43,142 nucleotides of DNA from Atribacterota bacterium (GCA_030666935.1 DAOUWX010000001.1:1-43142), one strand, 5' to 3'. Positions 9,674-20,556 are shown, numbered from the stretch's first letter. The notes: generated by a model not told the origin, from the sequence alone. A program made the numbers and translations.

Positions 9674-9769
9674 GTTGATTTTATTTTACAATAAGACAAC
9701 CCCTCTTGTCAAAGGTTTTTAAAATATTTTTTAAATATAAGATATTGATAATATATAGAATCGCAGATC

Positions 9770-9835
9770 TTCACATTTGATTTACTATAACTTCTTAAAA
9801 TACAATTTATTTTAAGAAGTTATAGTAAATGTGAA
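9770..9835. repeat. Long imperfect inverted repeat (about 26 bp stem with a 5-nt bulge)
   Basis: Arm ttcacattt[gattt]actataacttcttaaaa pairs with ttttaagaagttatagtaaatgtgaa around a 9-nt loop. It lies about 47 nt downstream of the trmH-family stop. No clean U-tract follows on the minus strand. Confidence 0.6.
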
Positions 9836-9882
9836 AACATCACCTTCCCTTTTTTTGCTATATCAACCAATAAAGGTTAGCA

Positions 9883-10671
9883 TCATTTGTACAATCTTTG
9901 ACGAACTGCATCATACAGAATTATCCCAGCAGCTACTGACGCATTTAAGGATTCAGTGAATCCCAAGATAGGAATTTTTATTTTTTTATAAGCAGCCTTC
10001 CTCCAAATATCATTTGCTCCTCTATTTTCATTTCCAACTACTAAAGCAAAAGGTTTTTTGAGGTTAGCGGAATAGTAATATTCTTCGCCCCCTAAATCTG
10101 CTACCATAATATTTATAGAGTTATAGTTTAGCCATTTTACAGCCTCATCATCATCAAGACCATTTATAATAGGCACCTGAAACAGGGAGCCCATTGTAGA
10201 CCTAATAACTTTTGAGTTGTATAAATCTACAGTTCCTTCAGTTAATAATATTGCGGTAGCACCTGCTGCAGCGCTGGTTCTTATGATTGTCCCAAGATTT
10301 CCAGGATCCTGCAGACCATTTAAAACAACTACTGAAGGATTTACGCCAAGAATTATATCTGTCAATGATATTTCTATTTGTTCAGCTACAGCTATTATTC
10401 CTTGAGGACTAACTGTATCTGAAATTTTCTTAAATAGATTATCGGGCAGCCTTAAAACCTGGCAACCTTGATTAATTTTTGGTACATTTTCTGCTGTTTC
10501 ATTAATAATAAGGTATTTTATTTTTACTCCCCTCTTATTAGCTTCCTCAAGAAGCCTGATACCTTCTATAAGAAATAATCCACTGCTTTCACGCACTTTT
10601 TTTTGACTTAAGGCTTTTATTAACTTATATATTGGGTTTTCCTTTGAAGTAATATCTTTATACTGTTTCAT
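9883..10671 (-). CDS. TrmH/SpoU-family RNA 2'-O-methyltransferase (RlmB-like)
   Basis: Motifs LFLIEGIRLLEEA (substrate-binding N-domain), VVLNGLQDPGNLGTIIRTSAAAG, LVVGNENRG and IPILGFTESLNASVAAGIILY. I favour the internal start MKQYKDITS at 10671 over the ORF-track start at 10725. Confidence 0.85.
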   Translation of the reverse strand: MKQYKDITSKENPIYKLIKALSQKKVRESSGLFLIEGIRLLEEANKRGVKIKYLIINETAENVPKINQGCQVLRLPDNLFKKISDTVSPQGIIAVAEQIEISLTDIILGVNPSVVVLNGLQDPGNLGTIIRTSAAAGATAILLTEGTVDLYNSKVIRSTMGSLFQVPIINGLDDDEAVKWLNYNSINIMVADLGGEEYYYSANLKKPFALVVGNENRGANDIWRKAAYKKIKIPILGFTESLNASVAAGIILYDAVRQRLYK

Positions 10672-10826
10672 GTATGATGCTCCTCTATAGATTAATTGAC
10701 AACTACCAGCGCATACCTTATGCATTGAGCTTTGCTAATATGATGGAGTATAATATCAAATTTATTGAAGTTTTATATAAAATCCTTTTTTTTAGCATGG
10801 ATATTAGTTTAAATTATCTTTGTTTA

Positions 10827-10864
10827 CTATATACTACGTTTATTTTAAAAATCCTTCTTTTTCC
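10827..10864 (-). repeat. Isolated copy of the junction-element distal box (TATACTAC..AAAAATCCTTCTTTTT on the + strand)
   Basis: ctatatactacgtttattttaaaaatccttctttttcc matches the terminator-distal end of junction copies R3 and R5. It lies about 160 nt upstream of the trmH-family start, outside the island. Confidence 0.7.
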
Positions 10865-11182
10865 ATCTGTCAACCGTCTATAAAAAAATGGAACCTGTTG
10901 TAACTTATTCTAATAAACTATATGGTCGTTATATAAGGAAGTTTTAAAAATTTTTCTGTATCATTTTAATTATAATAATTACTCATGTTTTATTTTTATA
11001 TTTAAAATGAAACTTACAAAATAATATGCTATACTACCAAACAGTATTTAAAACTAAAATAGGTAACTTGTAAAATAAACTCATTAAATTAAATGCTACA
11101 AAACTCGTAATAAAATAACCTAAAAGAATTCAATCTTAAAACGCTTAGGATAATATTTATATAAAAAAGGAGGAAGGATCGA

Positions 11183-12019
11183 GTGATTAAAAGATCAAAA
11201 ATTAGCCTTAACAGAATCATTTATCCAAATTTGGAATTAGAGGATTTTTATAAATTTACTAAAGATTTGGGTGTAAATAAAATCGAATTGCGCAATGACC
11301 TTCCTGGAGGAGAAATAATTGACGGTTATTCTCATGAGCAGCTGAAAGAACTTTCAAAAAAATACGGAGTGGAAATATTAACTATTAATGCCTTGCAAAA
11401 ATTTAATTTAACTGCAATTCTTCCAGAGACCATAAAGGAATTAAAAAAATTAATCAATCTTTCACTCTCCATCGGTTGCAAGGCAATTGTGTTATGCCCT
11501 AATAATGATGTTAATGATAAAAGGGGTTCAGAGGAGATTTTTAAAGAAACAGTAAAAGCCTTAAAATCTTTCGGACCTTTGTTTCAGAATAGCGACATAC
11601 AAGGCTATTTAGAACCTTTGGGATTTGAAGAATGTTCTCTTAGATCACTGGTTACAGCGATGAAAGCTATTCAAGAATCAGGTTATCCTGTCTTTAAAAT
11701 TGTTCATGATACCTTCCATCATCATATCGGTCCTGATACCTTTGATACAATTAAAAACGATTATGATATCTCTTACACCGGGCTAATCCACATCTCCGGA
11801 GTAGAATGCAATATTCCTGTTGATGAATATAGAGATAATCATCGGGTTTTAGTAACCGAACAAGATAGGCTTCAAAACAAGGAACAAATAGAATTACTTC
11901 TCAAACTTGGCTATACGGGAAATATTTCCTTTGAACCCTTTTCTCAAAAAGTACAAGAGATGGAGATTGAAAAGATAAAATCAGCCATTGACCAGAGTAT
12001 AGAATATATAAGTAGATAA
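11183..12019 (+). CDS. Xylose-isomerase-like TIM-barrel protein (IolI/inosose-isomerase-like)
   Basis: GTG start follows AAGGAGGAAGG. 278 aa with motifs NKIELRND, ILTINALQKFN, YLEPLGF, IVHDTFHH, IHISG and SFEPF. Confidence 0.7.
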   Translation: MIKRSKISLNRIIYPNLELEDFYKFTKDLGVNKIELRNDLPGGEIIDGYSHEQLKELSKKYGVEILTINALQKFNLTAILPETIKELKKLINLSLSIGCKAIVLCPNNDVNDKRGSEEIFKETVKALKSFGPLFQNSDIQGYLEPLGFEECSLRSLVTAMKAIQESGYPVFKIVHDTFHHHIGPDTFDTIKNDYDISYTGLIHISGVECNIPVDEYRDNHRVLVTEQDRLQNKEQIELLLKLGYTGNISFEPFSQKVQEMEIEKIKSAIDQSIEYISR

Positions 12020-12127
12020 AATGCAGTATGGGATGAAGATAATAGAATATTTTGGCTATCTTTTAGTTACCTAATTAAAATTATAAAGAAGATTTATTGA
12101 AATAATGAAAATATTTTTTTATATTTT

Positions 12128-13627
12128 TTATTGTTCTTTTTCTTCCCAGTTTAGAGATCGGCTGACTGCTTTCTTCCAGCCTTTATATAATTTTTCTTTT
12201 GTTTTTTTATCCATATTGGGAGAAAATTCTCTATCTACTTTCCATTTGGCGGCAATTTCTGCCTTGTTCTTCCAAAAGCCAACCGCTAAACCGGAAAGAT
12301 ATGCTGCGCCCAGGGCGGTAGTTTCTGCAACTTTAGGTCTTACTACCGGAACTCCCAGGATATCTGATTGGAATTGCATTAAGAAATTATCTCTTACTGC
12401 TCCGCCATCCACTTTTAATTCTTTTAAATTGATCCCTGAATCTTTTTGAATAACTTCCAGGACATCACGGCTCTGGTAAGCTATGGACTCTTCTGCTGCT
12501 CTTAAGATATGCTCTTTCTTTGCCCCCCGGGTTAGCCCTATAATGATACCCCGAGCATACATATCCCAATAAGGGGCGCCAAGGCCCACAAAGGCGGGGA
12601 CTAAATAAACTCCGTGAGAATTTTTAACTTTTAGGGCATATTTTTCAATTTCTTTAGAAGTTTTTATAAGACCGATTTCGTCTCTTAACCATTGAACTAC
12701 TGCACCGCCGATAAAGATACTCCCTTCCAAGGCATATTCTACTTTACCATTAACCCCCCAGGCAATTGTGGTCAAAAGCCCATTCTTGGAGGGAACAATT
12801 TTCTCTCCGGTATTCATCAAGATAAAACATCCGGTCCCATAGGTATTTTTTGCCATACCCGGTTCATAACAAGCCTGGCCAAAAAGAGCAGCCTGCTGGT
12901 CTCCGGCATCACCTGAGATAAGAATTTCCGCTCCGAATATTTCCTTATCAGTATGACCGTAAATATAACTCGAAGGTAGAACTTTGGGGAGCATCTCTCG
13001 GGGAATATCCAGTTCAGTTAATATATCCTCATCCCAATCAAGATTATGAATATTAAATAACATTGTCCGGGAAGCATTAGAATAATCAGTTACATGAGTT
13101 TTCCCTTTAGTTAAATTCCAGATAAGCCAGCTGTCTACTGTACCAAATAAAACTTCTCCTTTTTCGGCTTTCTCCCTGACCTCACTTATATTATCTAAAA
13201 CCCATTTAATCTTGGTGCCGGAAAAATAGGCATCAACCACCAGCCCGGTCTTTTTTTGGATAATCTTTGCCAATCCTTTCTTTTTAAGCTGATCACATAT
13301 AGGAGCAGTCCTTCGACATTGCCATACGATAGCATTATAAACCGGCTTACCGGTTTTTTTATCCCAGACTATCGTAGTCTCTCTCTGATTAGTTATACCA
13401 ATAGCAGTTATATCACCCGCTTCCAGGCCAGCCTTATCTAAAGCAGTTTTTGTCACTTCTATCTGAGAAGACCAAATTTCCCTGGGATTATGTTCTACCC
13501 AGCCTGGCTTAGGATAAATCTGTCTAAATTCCTTACTGACAGTACTTATTATAGATCCACTATGATTGAAGATTATCGCTCGAGAACCGGTAGTCCCCTG
13601 ATCCAAAGCCATGATATATTTTGCCAA
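12128..13627 (-). CDS. glpK: Glycerol kinase
   Basis: Full-length FGGY kinase with GlpK hallmarks: [50 protein letters not shown]. The likely start is TTG at 13627, 6 nt after GGAGGTG. The ORF-track start at 13636 lies inside that Shine-Dalgarno sequence. Confidence 0.95.
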   Translation of the reverse strand: MAKYIMALDQGTTGSRAIIFNHSGSIISTVSKEFRQIYPKPGWVEHNPREIWSSQIEVTKTALDKAGLEAGDITAIGITNQRETTIVWDKKTGKPVYNAIVWQCRRTAPICDQLKKKGLAKIIQKKTGLVVDAYFSGTKIKWVLDNISEVREKAEKGEVLFGTVDSWLIWNLTKGKTHVTDYSNASRTMLFNIHNLDWDEDILTELDIPREMLPKVLPSSYIYGHTDKEIFGAEILISGDAGDQQAALFGQACYEPGMAKNTYGTGCFILMNTGEKIVPSKNGLLTTIAWGVNGKVEYALEGSIFIGGAVVQWLRDEIGLIKTSKEIEKYALKVKNSHGVYLVPAFVGLGAPYWDMYARGIIIGLTRGAKKEHILRAAEESIAYQSRDVLEVIQKDSGINLKELKVDGGAVRDNFLMQFQSDILGVPVVRPKVAETTALGAAYLSGLAVGFWKNKAEIAAKWKVDREFSPNMDKKTKEKLYKGWKKAVSRSLNWEEKEQ

Positions 13628-13707
13628 TATTAACACCTCCGAATATTACTCCGATATTTGTTTCATTTAAAATGTAATATCATTTTTCAAATTAAAAAAT
13701 AAAAAAA

Positions 13708-14289
<582 letters not shown>

Positions 14290-15441
14290 TCATCCAATCT
14301 GATCTTCAGGACCTTTCCAAATCTTATATTGATAATCATATTTCCAATTGTCTGTAGGAATAGAAATTGATAAGCGTTTCCACCCGGAGGTTATTCTATT
14401 TACAACTTCAGGTAAAGGTCGAATCCCTCCGGTAGCATCAATCGCTTCTACACAACAGGCACCAACAGCAGTGGCTAAGATAATGCACTTTTCCGGTTCT
14501 CCTCCATCTAAAAGTTGAGCTAAAAACCCGGCAATAGTGGCATCTCCGGTTCCGGTAGTTCCTTTAACCTCCGTAGTAAAACAAGGAGATAGAAGCTGGC
14601 GATAATTCCATTGGCCGGGGTTTATTATTCTCGATAAATTACTTTTTTCTATTTGGTGTGTTCTTAAATATAGACCCTGGTCACCAAGTTTTATTGCAAC
14701 TACATTTGCCCCATACTCAATTAATTGCCTGGCTAATTGATCTAATAATACAACATCGATTCTTTCTTTCTTCTCTGAAATGTTATAAAATTTCTCTGGA
14801 TTAAGCATATACAACAGTTCATCAATACTGGGCATAAAAATATCTACCATAGGTAAAACGTTTTTAAAGAATTTGTACCAATCTATTTTACCGGCAGGAG
14901 ATTCAGGGTCCGGCATAGCCATATCCAAACTGGTAATTATATTCATCTTTCTAATTCTTCGAAACATTTTTACCAGTTCTTCTCCCGAGTTCTCATAAAA
15001 CTTCTTCATTAAAGGAGGATATCCAAAATGGAATATTCGGCCACTTTTTATTTTTTCATAAGGAATATCATTCGCATTAAAGGTATGATTAGGTCCAGGA
15101 CAATGCAAAAAGACCCGATCAGTATCTGGCGGGTTTAAAACAATAGTATAAGAAGAAATCTCATCTTTGCTGATAATCATATTTTCCACTAAAGTTTTGT
15201 CTTCTTTTTGTAAAATCTCTAAAATAACCTTTCCAAAGGCATCTGACCCAATTTTTCCTAACAAAGTTGTACCAATGCCCAATTTTTTAAGAGTTATTCC
15301 TGTATTAGCTACAGCTCCCCCGGTCGATAATTTCAATCCTGACATTTCCAGAATATGTCCGGGAATAATCGTCTTAATACCCCCAATCCTCCAATCCGGA
15401 ATAATATCTAAACAAATATGACCTGCAACAATTATATCCAT
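14290..15441 (-). CDS. PfkB-family carbohydrate kinase
   Basis: 383 aa. N-terminal IVAGHICLDIIP and GGAVANTG, plus a C-terminal GTTGTGDATIAGFL anion-hole motif. Confidence 0.85.
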   Translation of the reverse strand: MDIIVAGHICLDIIPDWRIGGIKTIIPGHILEMSGLKLSTGGAVANTGITLKKLGIGTTLLGKIGSDAFGKVILEILQKEDKTLVENMIISKDEISSYTIVLNPPDTDRVFLHCPGPNHTFNANDIPYEKIKSGRIFHFGYPPLMKKFYENSGEELVKMFRRIRKMNIITSLDMAMPDPESPAGKIDWYKFFKNVLPMVDIFMPSIDELLYMLNPEKFYNISEKKERIDVVLLDQLARQLIEYGANVVAIKLGDQGLYLRTHQIEKSNLSRIINPGQWNYRQLLSPCFTTEVKGTTGTGDATIAGFLAQLLDGGEPEKCIILATAVGACCVEAIDATGGIRPLPEVVNRITSGWKRLSISIPTDNWKYDYQYKIWKGPEDQIG

Positions 15442-15482
15442 AAAATTCTCCCATTTAAAAAATATAAAATATTTTTGTTAAT

Positions 15483-16679
15483 TTAGATTCCTTTTGCTAT
15501 TTCTTTCATAACTTTTGCTTCTTCATCCTGGTGGCTGGATAAATGACAAACATTTCTTAATACGTTTTCTAACCCCCTTGGATATTCTCGCTTAAAAAAT
15601 ACTTTATCCGGGGGATACATTTCCCCTTTCTCGTCTTTTGCTTTAAAATCTAAAGCAGTATAAAATGCTCTTTTAATCTTATTATAAGGAATGCCTTGTC
15701 TTTGAGCCAAAAGTATTGGTCCCACTAATCTTTCATTCTTGTCTAACTTACGATACAAATCTCTACCTACTCGAAAAATAGTATCTCTTAATGATTTATT
15801 TTGAAATCTAAAAAGTAGATCATCAATATGGTTTTGTAAATCTTGTAGAGTAAGATCCTTAGAATATGCCCTATTTAAAGCCACTGCTGATTGCTTCATG
15901 CATTCCCGAACAGTTTTATAAATTTTTGGTACTTCTAATGCTTCATATATAAAAGTCATTTCTGAGTCATATTGGTACCCAAAATAAGCTGATGCAGAAT
16001 GACCAAGATTATGGATAAAAAGTTTTCTATCTACAAAGGCTTTGATATTTTTAACAGTCCAAAGATCTATAACCTGAGGAAGTGGATTCTTAAACCCTTT
16101 TTTATCCACAATAAGAGTATTATAAGGCTCGGCAAATACCCATAACAAATCTTTTTTCTTATCCTCTTCTTTCATCAGAGGAACCATCTTCCCTATGCTT
16201 GATTCTATTAATCCAACCAGCTTATCGAAAGGATATTCTTCGGGAAGAAAATTTTTTAATTCCTTTCTTAAATAGTCTGCTCCACTCCTTATATTCTCGG
16301 CAATAATAATATCTAAAGGATTTTTTCCTCTTTTTTCATATCTTAATTGAAGTCCTAAAGCAATTACCGAAACAATTTGAGGTAAGGCATGTTTACCTAC
16401 TGCAGTAGCGATAATATCCACATCTATTATCTCCCGAATAACTGCCTCTTTATCACAACCATCTATGGCTCGGATATTTTCTATTAAAATAATTTCATCA
16501 GGAAATTCATTTCTTTTTATTACTAACCTATACTCTCTTTTTTTATTGAGTTCCTTTACCAATTCTTTATTAATATCAACAAAAACAACTTCATATCCCG
16601 AACGGGAAAATAGCTGACCGATAAATGATCTCCCAATATTTCCTGCTCCAAATTGAATCATCTTTTTTTTGTACATCAT
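15483..16679 (-). CDS. mtlD: Mannitol-1-phosphate 5-dehydrogenase family (long-chain mannitol dehydrogenase)
   Basis: N-terminal Rossmann segment MIQFGAGNIGRSFIGQLF resembles E. coli MtlD HFGAGNIGRGFIG. Also VDRKLFIHNLGHSASAY. 398 aa. Confidence 0.75.
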   Translation of the reverse strand: MMYKKKMIQFGAGNIGRSFIGQLFSRSGYEVVFVDINKELVKELNKKREYRLVIKRNEFPDEIILIENIRAIDGCDKEAVIREIIDVDIIATAVGKHALPQIVSVIALGLQLRYEKRGKNPLDIIIAENIRSGADYLRKELKNFLPEEYPFDKLVGLIESSIGKMVPLMKEEDKKKDLLWVFAEPYNTLIVDKKGFKNPLPQVIDLWTVKNIKAFVDRKLFIHNLGHSASAYFGYQYDSEMTFIYEALEVPKIYKTVRECMKQSAVALNRAYSKDLTLQDLQNHIDDLLFRFQNKSLRDTIFRVGRDLYRKLDKNERLVGPILLAQRQGIPYNKIKRAFYTALDFKAKDEKGEMYPPDKVFFKREYPRGLENVLRNVCHLSSHQDEEAKVMKEIAKGI

Positions 16680-16803
16680 TATCTTCCACAGCTCTATATA
16701 AACTAATTTTTTACCTTATTATATGAAAAATTAAGATCTCAACTAAAAATTATTTTTTAGATGCATTTCTTTTTGTATTATTTTATTATTCGACAATATA
16801 CCT

Positions 16804-16990
16804 AAAAATCCTTCTTTTTTAAATAAAATAAAAAAGCTCTTCAGTATTTAAACTAAAGGGCTGGTATTTTCTTGGCTCCCCCTATTGGACACGTTCAGAA
16901 CTTTTAAGGGAAATATTGCAATAGAAAATATTAGATTAATAAGTTAGTTATTCAATACTAAAGAAATATCTATAGACTAGAATTTGTACA
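16804..16990 (-). repeat. Junction element copy R1 (full length)
   Basis: Read on the minus strand: TTGTAC-aaattcta promoter-like box, then ..taacttattaatctaatattttctattgcaatatttcccttaaaagttctgaacgtgtccaatagggggagcca, a degenerate terminator hairpin, then AAAAAAGAAGGATTTTT. It aligns with R2-R5. Confidence 0.9.
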
Positions 16991-17000
16991 ATATTTTAAA

Positions 17001-17034
17001 ATAAAAAGCCCTTCAACTAAATGCCAAAGGGCTT
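17001..17034 (-). terminator. Intrinsic terminator of the GGDEF gene (same hairpin family as in the junction elements)
   Basis: Minus strand reads aagccctttggcatttagttgaagggcttTTTTATTTT: a 7-8 bp stem followed by a U-tract. Confidence 0.8.
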
Positions 17035-17158
17035 GGAATTATCAAATATCCTTATTAAGGAATACCAAGTAGATAACAGACTTTTTAATCGTAGTAATTA
17101 GCTGTCGGCTGAAAGAACAAGGTTAGGACTCTTTTGTGCAAAATCAATAAAGCATCGT

Positions 17159-18013
17159 TTAAAAAGAGTCCACTTTTCTATTAAAAACGACAACTCGGTT
17201 ACGTCCTTTTTGCTTCGCTTTATATAGAGCTTCATCGGTTTTTTCAATAAGAGATTGTCTATCAACGATTTTCTGATCTAATCCTGCAACACCGATACTA
17301 ACCGATATGCTAACTGCCTGTCTATCCTCCTGCTCATCAGCTGGTACCATAACTGATGTTTCCACTACCTGGCGCAATCGCTCCGCTAAATCTGCTGCTG
17401 TGGGTACCGAGGTATGCGGTGCAATAATTGCAATTTCTTCCCCTCCATAACGCGCAACAATATCCGTTTTTCGAACATTTTTAAGAAGTAAGTGACCCAA
17501 GCTCTTTAAAACAAGATCACCGATATAATGTCCATATGTATCATTGACGTTCTTGAAGTGATCAATGTCAAGTAGCAGCATGGAAAGTTGGAAACTATAT
17601 CTTTGAGCTCTCAAAATCTCTTCATCCAACTTCAGATTCAAATGTCTACGGTTGTAGATACCAATTAAGGGGTCAATAATGTTTTCACGCCTAAGAGCAG
17701 AGACCTGATTAAGGTCCGTAGCTGTTTGTAGAGCAAGTGAACCTACTAACAGTACAATAATTGCACTAAAAAAGAAGACCACCGGTATTATTAAATTAAA
17801 ATAGTCATTATATCTATCCCAATAAATAATGTTATAAATTACATAACCAAATAGAAATAAAAAGATAAGAATGCTTAAGAAGTTCCATTTTTGGCGAATA
17901 TTACCTACAGATAGTTGTGAAATGAGCCTCCGTATAGGGAAAAAGGAGATGCCAAGAAGAGACGCTCCCACAAATACGAGAATATTTGTGATAAAGGATA
18001 TATCGTTTTGCAT
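17159..18013 (-). CDS. Membrane-anchored diguanylate cyclase (GGDEF domain)
   Basis: 284 aa with 3-4 N-terminal TM helices. The C-terminal GGDEF domain has active site RYGGEEIAI and an I-site RKTD five residues upstream. GGAGGT Shine-Dalgarno upstream. Confidence 0.9.
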   Translation of the reverse strand: MQNDISFITNILVFVGASLLGISFFPIRRLISQLSVGNIRQKWNFLSILIFLFLFGYVIYNIIYWDRYNDYFNLIIPVVFFFSAIIVLLVGSLALQTATDLNQVSALRRENIIDPLIGIYNRRHLNLKLDEEILRAQRYSFQLSMLLLDIDHFKNVNDTYGHYIGDLVLKSLGHLLLKNVRKTDIVARYGGEEIAIIAPHTSVPTAADLAERLRQVVETSVMVPADEQEDRQAVSISVSIGVAGLDQKIVDRQSLIEKTDEALYKAKQKGRNRVVVFNRKVDSF

Positions 18014-18552
18014 ATTACCTCCATGATAGGTTAATACCTAACGGTTCATATATTTTAAAATTTTAGGAAAATAAATCACATTAGTCTCTGCAAAGTTTTT
18101 GAATGTCTCCAAATTAGTTTACATTTATCTTGTTATAATAGCATAAATAAATGGAAGCAACAATCTCGTTAAAAACGAACTGCACGTTCCTGACCACAAC
18201 AAAACTATTTTGATTCTATTTGCTGACGGTTTAATAGCAGCCCCAACACGAAATATCCTACCACCGCTTGAGACTCTTTACACATACTTTCTTTCTGGCT
18301 CACTATGTTACAATACATCTTCCATCACTTATGTGTGGTCTTGTTAATGATAATACAGATCTGCAATCACCCTAACTTCGTCGTGTTCTCCTTTTCCAAC
18401 TTTAAATCTTTCCAAATCGGTTGTACGATGCATTCCATTTTATGGTTCAAAAATGTATATGCAATGATGTCAGGAGGTTTATGTATATTAATGCTTACTA
18501 TAGTTTTCTGATTTTAATTAAGTATTTTTTGGTATATTCTACTCTTGCTATT

Positions 18553-18745
18553 AAAATCCTTCTTTTTCTGGAAAATAATTTATAAAAACAAAAAGCCCTT
18601 CAGCAAATTGCCAAAGGGCTGGAAATTGTCAGCTCCCCCTATTGGAAAGCTTTAGAACTTTTAAGGGGGAAATTGCACTTGAAAACATTAGATTAATAAG
18701 TTAATTATTCATTATTCTAGGTAATCTTTAAATAGAATTTCACAA
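18553..18745 (-). repeat. Junction element copy R2 (full length, subtype aaagcttt)
   Basis: Aligns with R1, R3 and R4. The terminator hairpin is agccctttggcaatttgctgaagggct followed by a T-run on the minus strand. The internal variable box is ggaaagctttag, as in R4. Confidence 0.9.
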
Positions 18746-18783
18746 TTTTATTGTAAAGAATTAAGGGTTCTAAAATGTTAAAC

Positions 18784-18828
18784 TTGGTGGAGGCTAGTAA
18801 ACGAGTTTCGCAACTTTTGTATGAATGG
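18784..18828 (-). repeat. Second repeat family (B): tRNA-3'-end-like fragment ending ..GCCTCCACCA on the minus strand
   Basis: acgagtttcgcaacttttgtatgaatgg matches 25796-25823 at about 24 of 28 positions. It sits immediately upstream (minus sense) of a junction element, as the other copy does. Confidence 0.6.
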
Positions 18829-18921
18829 GGAAACTGAAAAAGTATATCATAAGTTAGAAGAAGCAATTGGGATCTGTTAAGAATTAAAATATAGAGTTAC
18901 TCTTTAAGTATATTTGTTTAA

Positions 18922-19050
18922 TTAACTTGCATTTATGGTTAGAATAATTAATACCTTATAATCCTTAAGAGATAGGGCATGACCTAAATTGATCGCCGTC
19001 GTAGTTTTCCCGGTCCCGCCTTTAAAATTTAATATTGCAATTTTTCTCAT
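18922..19050 (-). pseudogene. ParA/Soj-family ATPase N-terminal remnant (42 codons)
   Basis: Below the ORF-track size cutoff. My translation is [42 protein letters not shown]. It has the deviant Walker A KGGxGKT and the usual KVLxID context, then breaks off. Confidence 0.65.
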
Positions 19051-19097
19051 AAATTCCCCCTGCTATATGCTTGTAATGTTTGTATTGTTTGTAATAC

Positions 19098-19520
19098 TTA
19101 ATATTTAAAAAATTTAATAGGAACATCTATATATATATTATCATCTACTATCCCTTCTGTTAATAATCCACCTTTTGGACTGTCTTTTTCTTCTTCTATA
19201 AAAAGACATAGAGGCTTCTCATGGCGCAGAATCGAAATAATATCACTGAATTGACTGATAGGATAATGGAGATTTATCTTATCCATCCATCCATATTTTT
19301 CTACCCAATTTGACCCATACTTTCTACACTCATTTGGAGGAATCTCTGAGTCATCCTTAAAGAATTTTATTGTTAGTGCGGTACCATCATGCTTTCGTTT
19401 TGCTCTTTTGTCATCACTATAACAACTTATTTTTATTATACAATCGCCTGGTTTTCTTTCTTTGTCATTGGCATAGTAACAAAGGCTGTAATGAGTAAAT
19501 TTTAGCTTTAAATAAGTCAT
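19098..19520 (-). CDS. Hypothetical protein (140 aa, soluble)
   Basis: Long ORF with an AAGGAGGT Shine-Dalgarno. It is the last gene of the small-protein operon. I recognise no family. Confidence 0.6.
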   Translation of the reverse strand: MTYLKLKFTHYSLCYYANDKERKPGDCIIKISCYSDDKRAKRKHDGTALTIKFFKDDSEIPPNECRKYGSNWVEKYGWMDKINLHYPISQFSDIISILRHEKPLCLFIEEEKDSPKGGLLTEGIVDDNIYIDVPIKFFKY

Positions 19521-19622
19521 TTTATAACCTCCTTTTTAATTATTTTTAATTAATATTCCAGTTTCGCTTTACTTAAAAAATACTTTTTCAGCTTTTGATA
19601 TAGGGAAAATTTCAGCAATTGT

Positions 19623-19913
19623 TTATTCTGCAAGCCTACCTACTTTCGGATCATCAGCGCTTCTAATTCTCCAGCAAAATTCAATGCGGGACCATATAAC
19701 AGTTTTTTCAGTTAGTTTCCGGAACTCTTTAAGGACTTCAGGATTGATTGCTAAATTGCCATTCCGATTTTCATATACGAATTGAGATCCGAATTTATCT
19801 TCTATCAAATACACAACTTCGTTTTGGTAAAGTTCACGCTTTTTATTTATTTGATTAAGCATCCAACGGGCTACATCAGAAGCTTTTATTAGCGAATTAT
19901 TTTTCTTTTTCAT
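19623..19913 (-). CDS. Hypothetical protein (96 aa)
   Basis: ORF overlaps the upstream DUF2158-like gene by 17 nt, which suggests translational coupling. Conserved-looking core FVYENRNGNLAINPEVLKEFRKLT. Confidence 0.55.
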   Translation of the reverse strand: MKKKNNSLIKASDVARWMLNQINKKRELYQNEVVYLIEDKFGSQFVYENRNGNLAINPEVLKEFRKLTEKTVIWSRIEFCWRIRSADDPKVGRLAE

Positions 19914-20097
19914 TTATATCAACTCTAATCAAGGAATCAGGTGAAAAATCGCCTTGTTCAAGCTTTTTTCCCGCAAACCACTGGCAAAGGACCCAATCAA
20001 AATGACGGGGATTTTTAACTGTCATAACAGGACCACCTGAAATAAGTTTGACTGTATCTCCAGTTTTAAATGCTTGATTTGATTTACTACTATCCAT
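19897..20097 (-). CDS. DUF2158/YodC-like small protein
   Basis: 66 aa. The pattern GDTVKLISGGPVMTV...CQWF...G.F matches the YodC-type small-protein family. AAGGAGGT Shine-Dalgarno upstream. Confidence 0.65.
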   Translation of the reverse strand: MDSSKSNQAFKTGDTVKLISGGPVMTVKNPRHFDWVLCQWFAGKKLEQGDFSPDSLIRVDINEKEK

Positions 20098-20118
20098 AAT
20101 TAAACCTCCTTAGTTTTA

Positions 20119-20304
20119 TTATTTGTTAAAATGCAACCCGAAAGCTTCATAAAGCATATCGATAAATCTTCTTCCTTCCGTCTCTATTCCTTTTTCTGCC
20201 CAAAACATTCTCTCTTCTAAGTCTTTTCTCCATAGCTTATAAATTCTGATTCCAATTACTGTAAGATAAATACAGATGATAATAACATAAATTGTATTAG
20301 CCAC
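20119..20304 (-). CDS. Small membrane protein (61 aa, 1 TM)
   Basis: GTG start after AAAGGGG. N-terminal TM helix ANTIYVIIICIYLTVIGI, then a charged tail. Confidence 0.5.
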   Translation of the reverse strand: MANTIYVIIICIYLTVIGIRIYKLWRKDLEERMFWAEKGIETEGRRFIDMLYEAFGLHFNK

Positions 20305-20341
20305 AATTAACCCCTTTTTTCATTTCTACCCCCTGTTAATT

Positions 20342-20539
20342 CTACTTTAATTTTGTCCACCCTGTACCTCTAAACCATATTTCACCCGTACCTGTTATTC
20401 TGTGTATTCTAAACGGTGTCTTACCACCAAGATAATCAGGCATATACCTATAAGGTGTTGGCCAAACATAGATCGCAAACAAGATCACTAATACGATTAG
20501 AATTAGTTTTATAATATTGTTTATTTCAAGTGCTTTCAT
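20342..20539 (-). CDS. Small membrane protein (65 aa, 1 TM; MKALE N-terminus)
   Basis: G-run Shine-Dalgarno (AGGGGGG). N-terminus MKALE..., paralogous to the 109-aa protein. One TM helix plus a Gly/Trp-rich tail. Confidence 0.55.
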   Translation of the reverse strand: MKALEINNIIKLILIVLVILFAIYVWPTPYRYMPDYLGGKTPFRIHRITGTGEIWFRGTGWTKLK

Positions 20540-20556
20540 TGTCTTTTTAAACCCCC

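Noticed and set aside
9770-9835. The long inverted repeat as the trmH-family intrinsic terminator
   Set aside because: The stem is convincing, but no U-tract follows it on the minus strand. It is kept only as an inverted repeat of unknown role.
10674-10883. 69-aa plus-strand ORF in the trmH-family/TIM-barrel divergent spacer
   Set aside because: It overlaps the trmH-family start region and the junction-box copy. It has no Shine-Dalgarno and low complexity.
18305-18511. 68-aa plus-strand ORF in the 500-nt spacer between the GGDEF gene and R2
   Set aside because: It has no Shine-Dalgarno and runs opposite to every other gene in the island. The spacer looks like decayed sequence, with only short broken frames on either strand.
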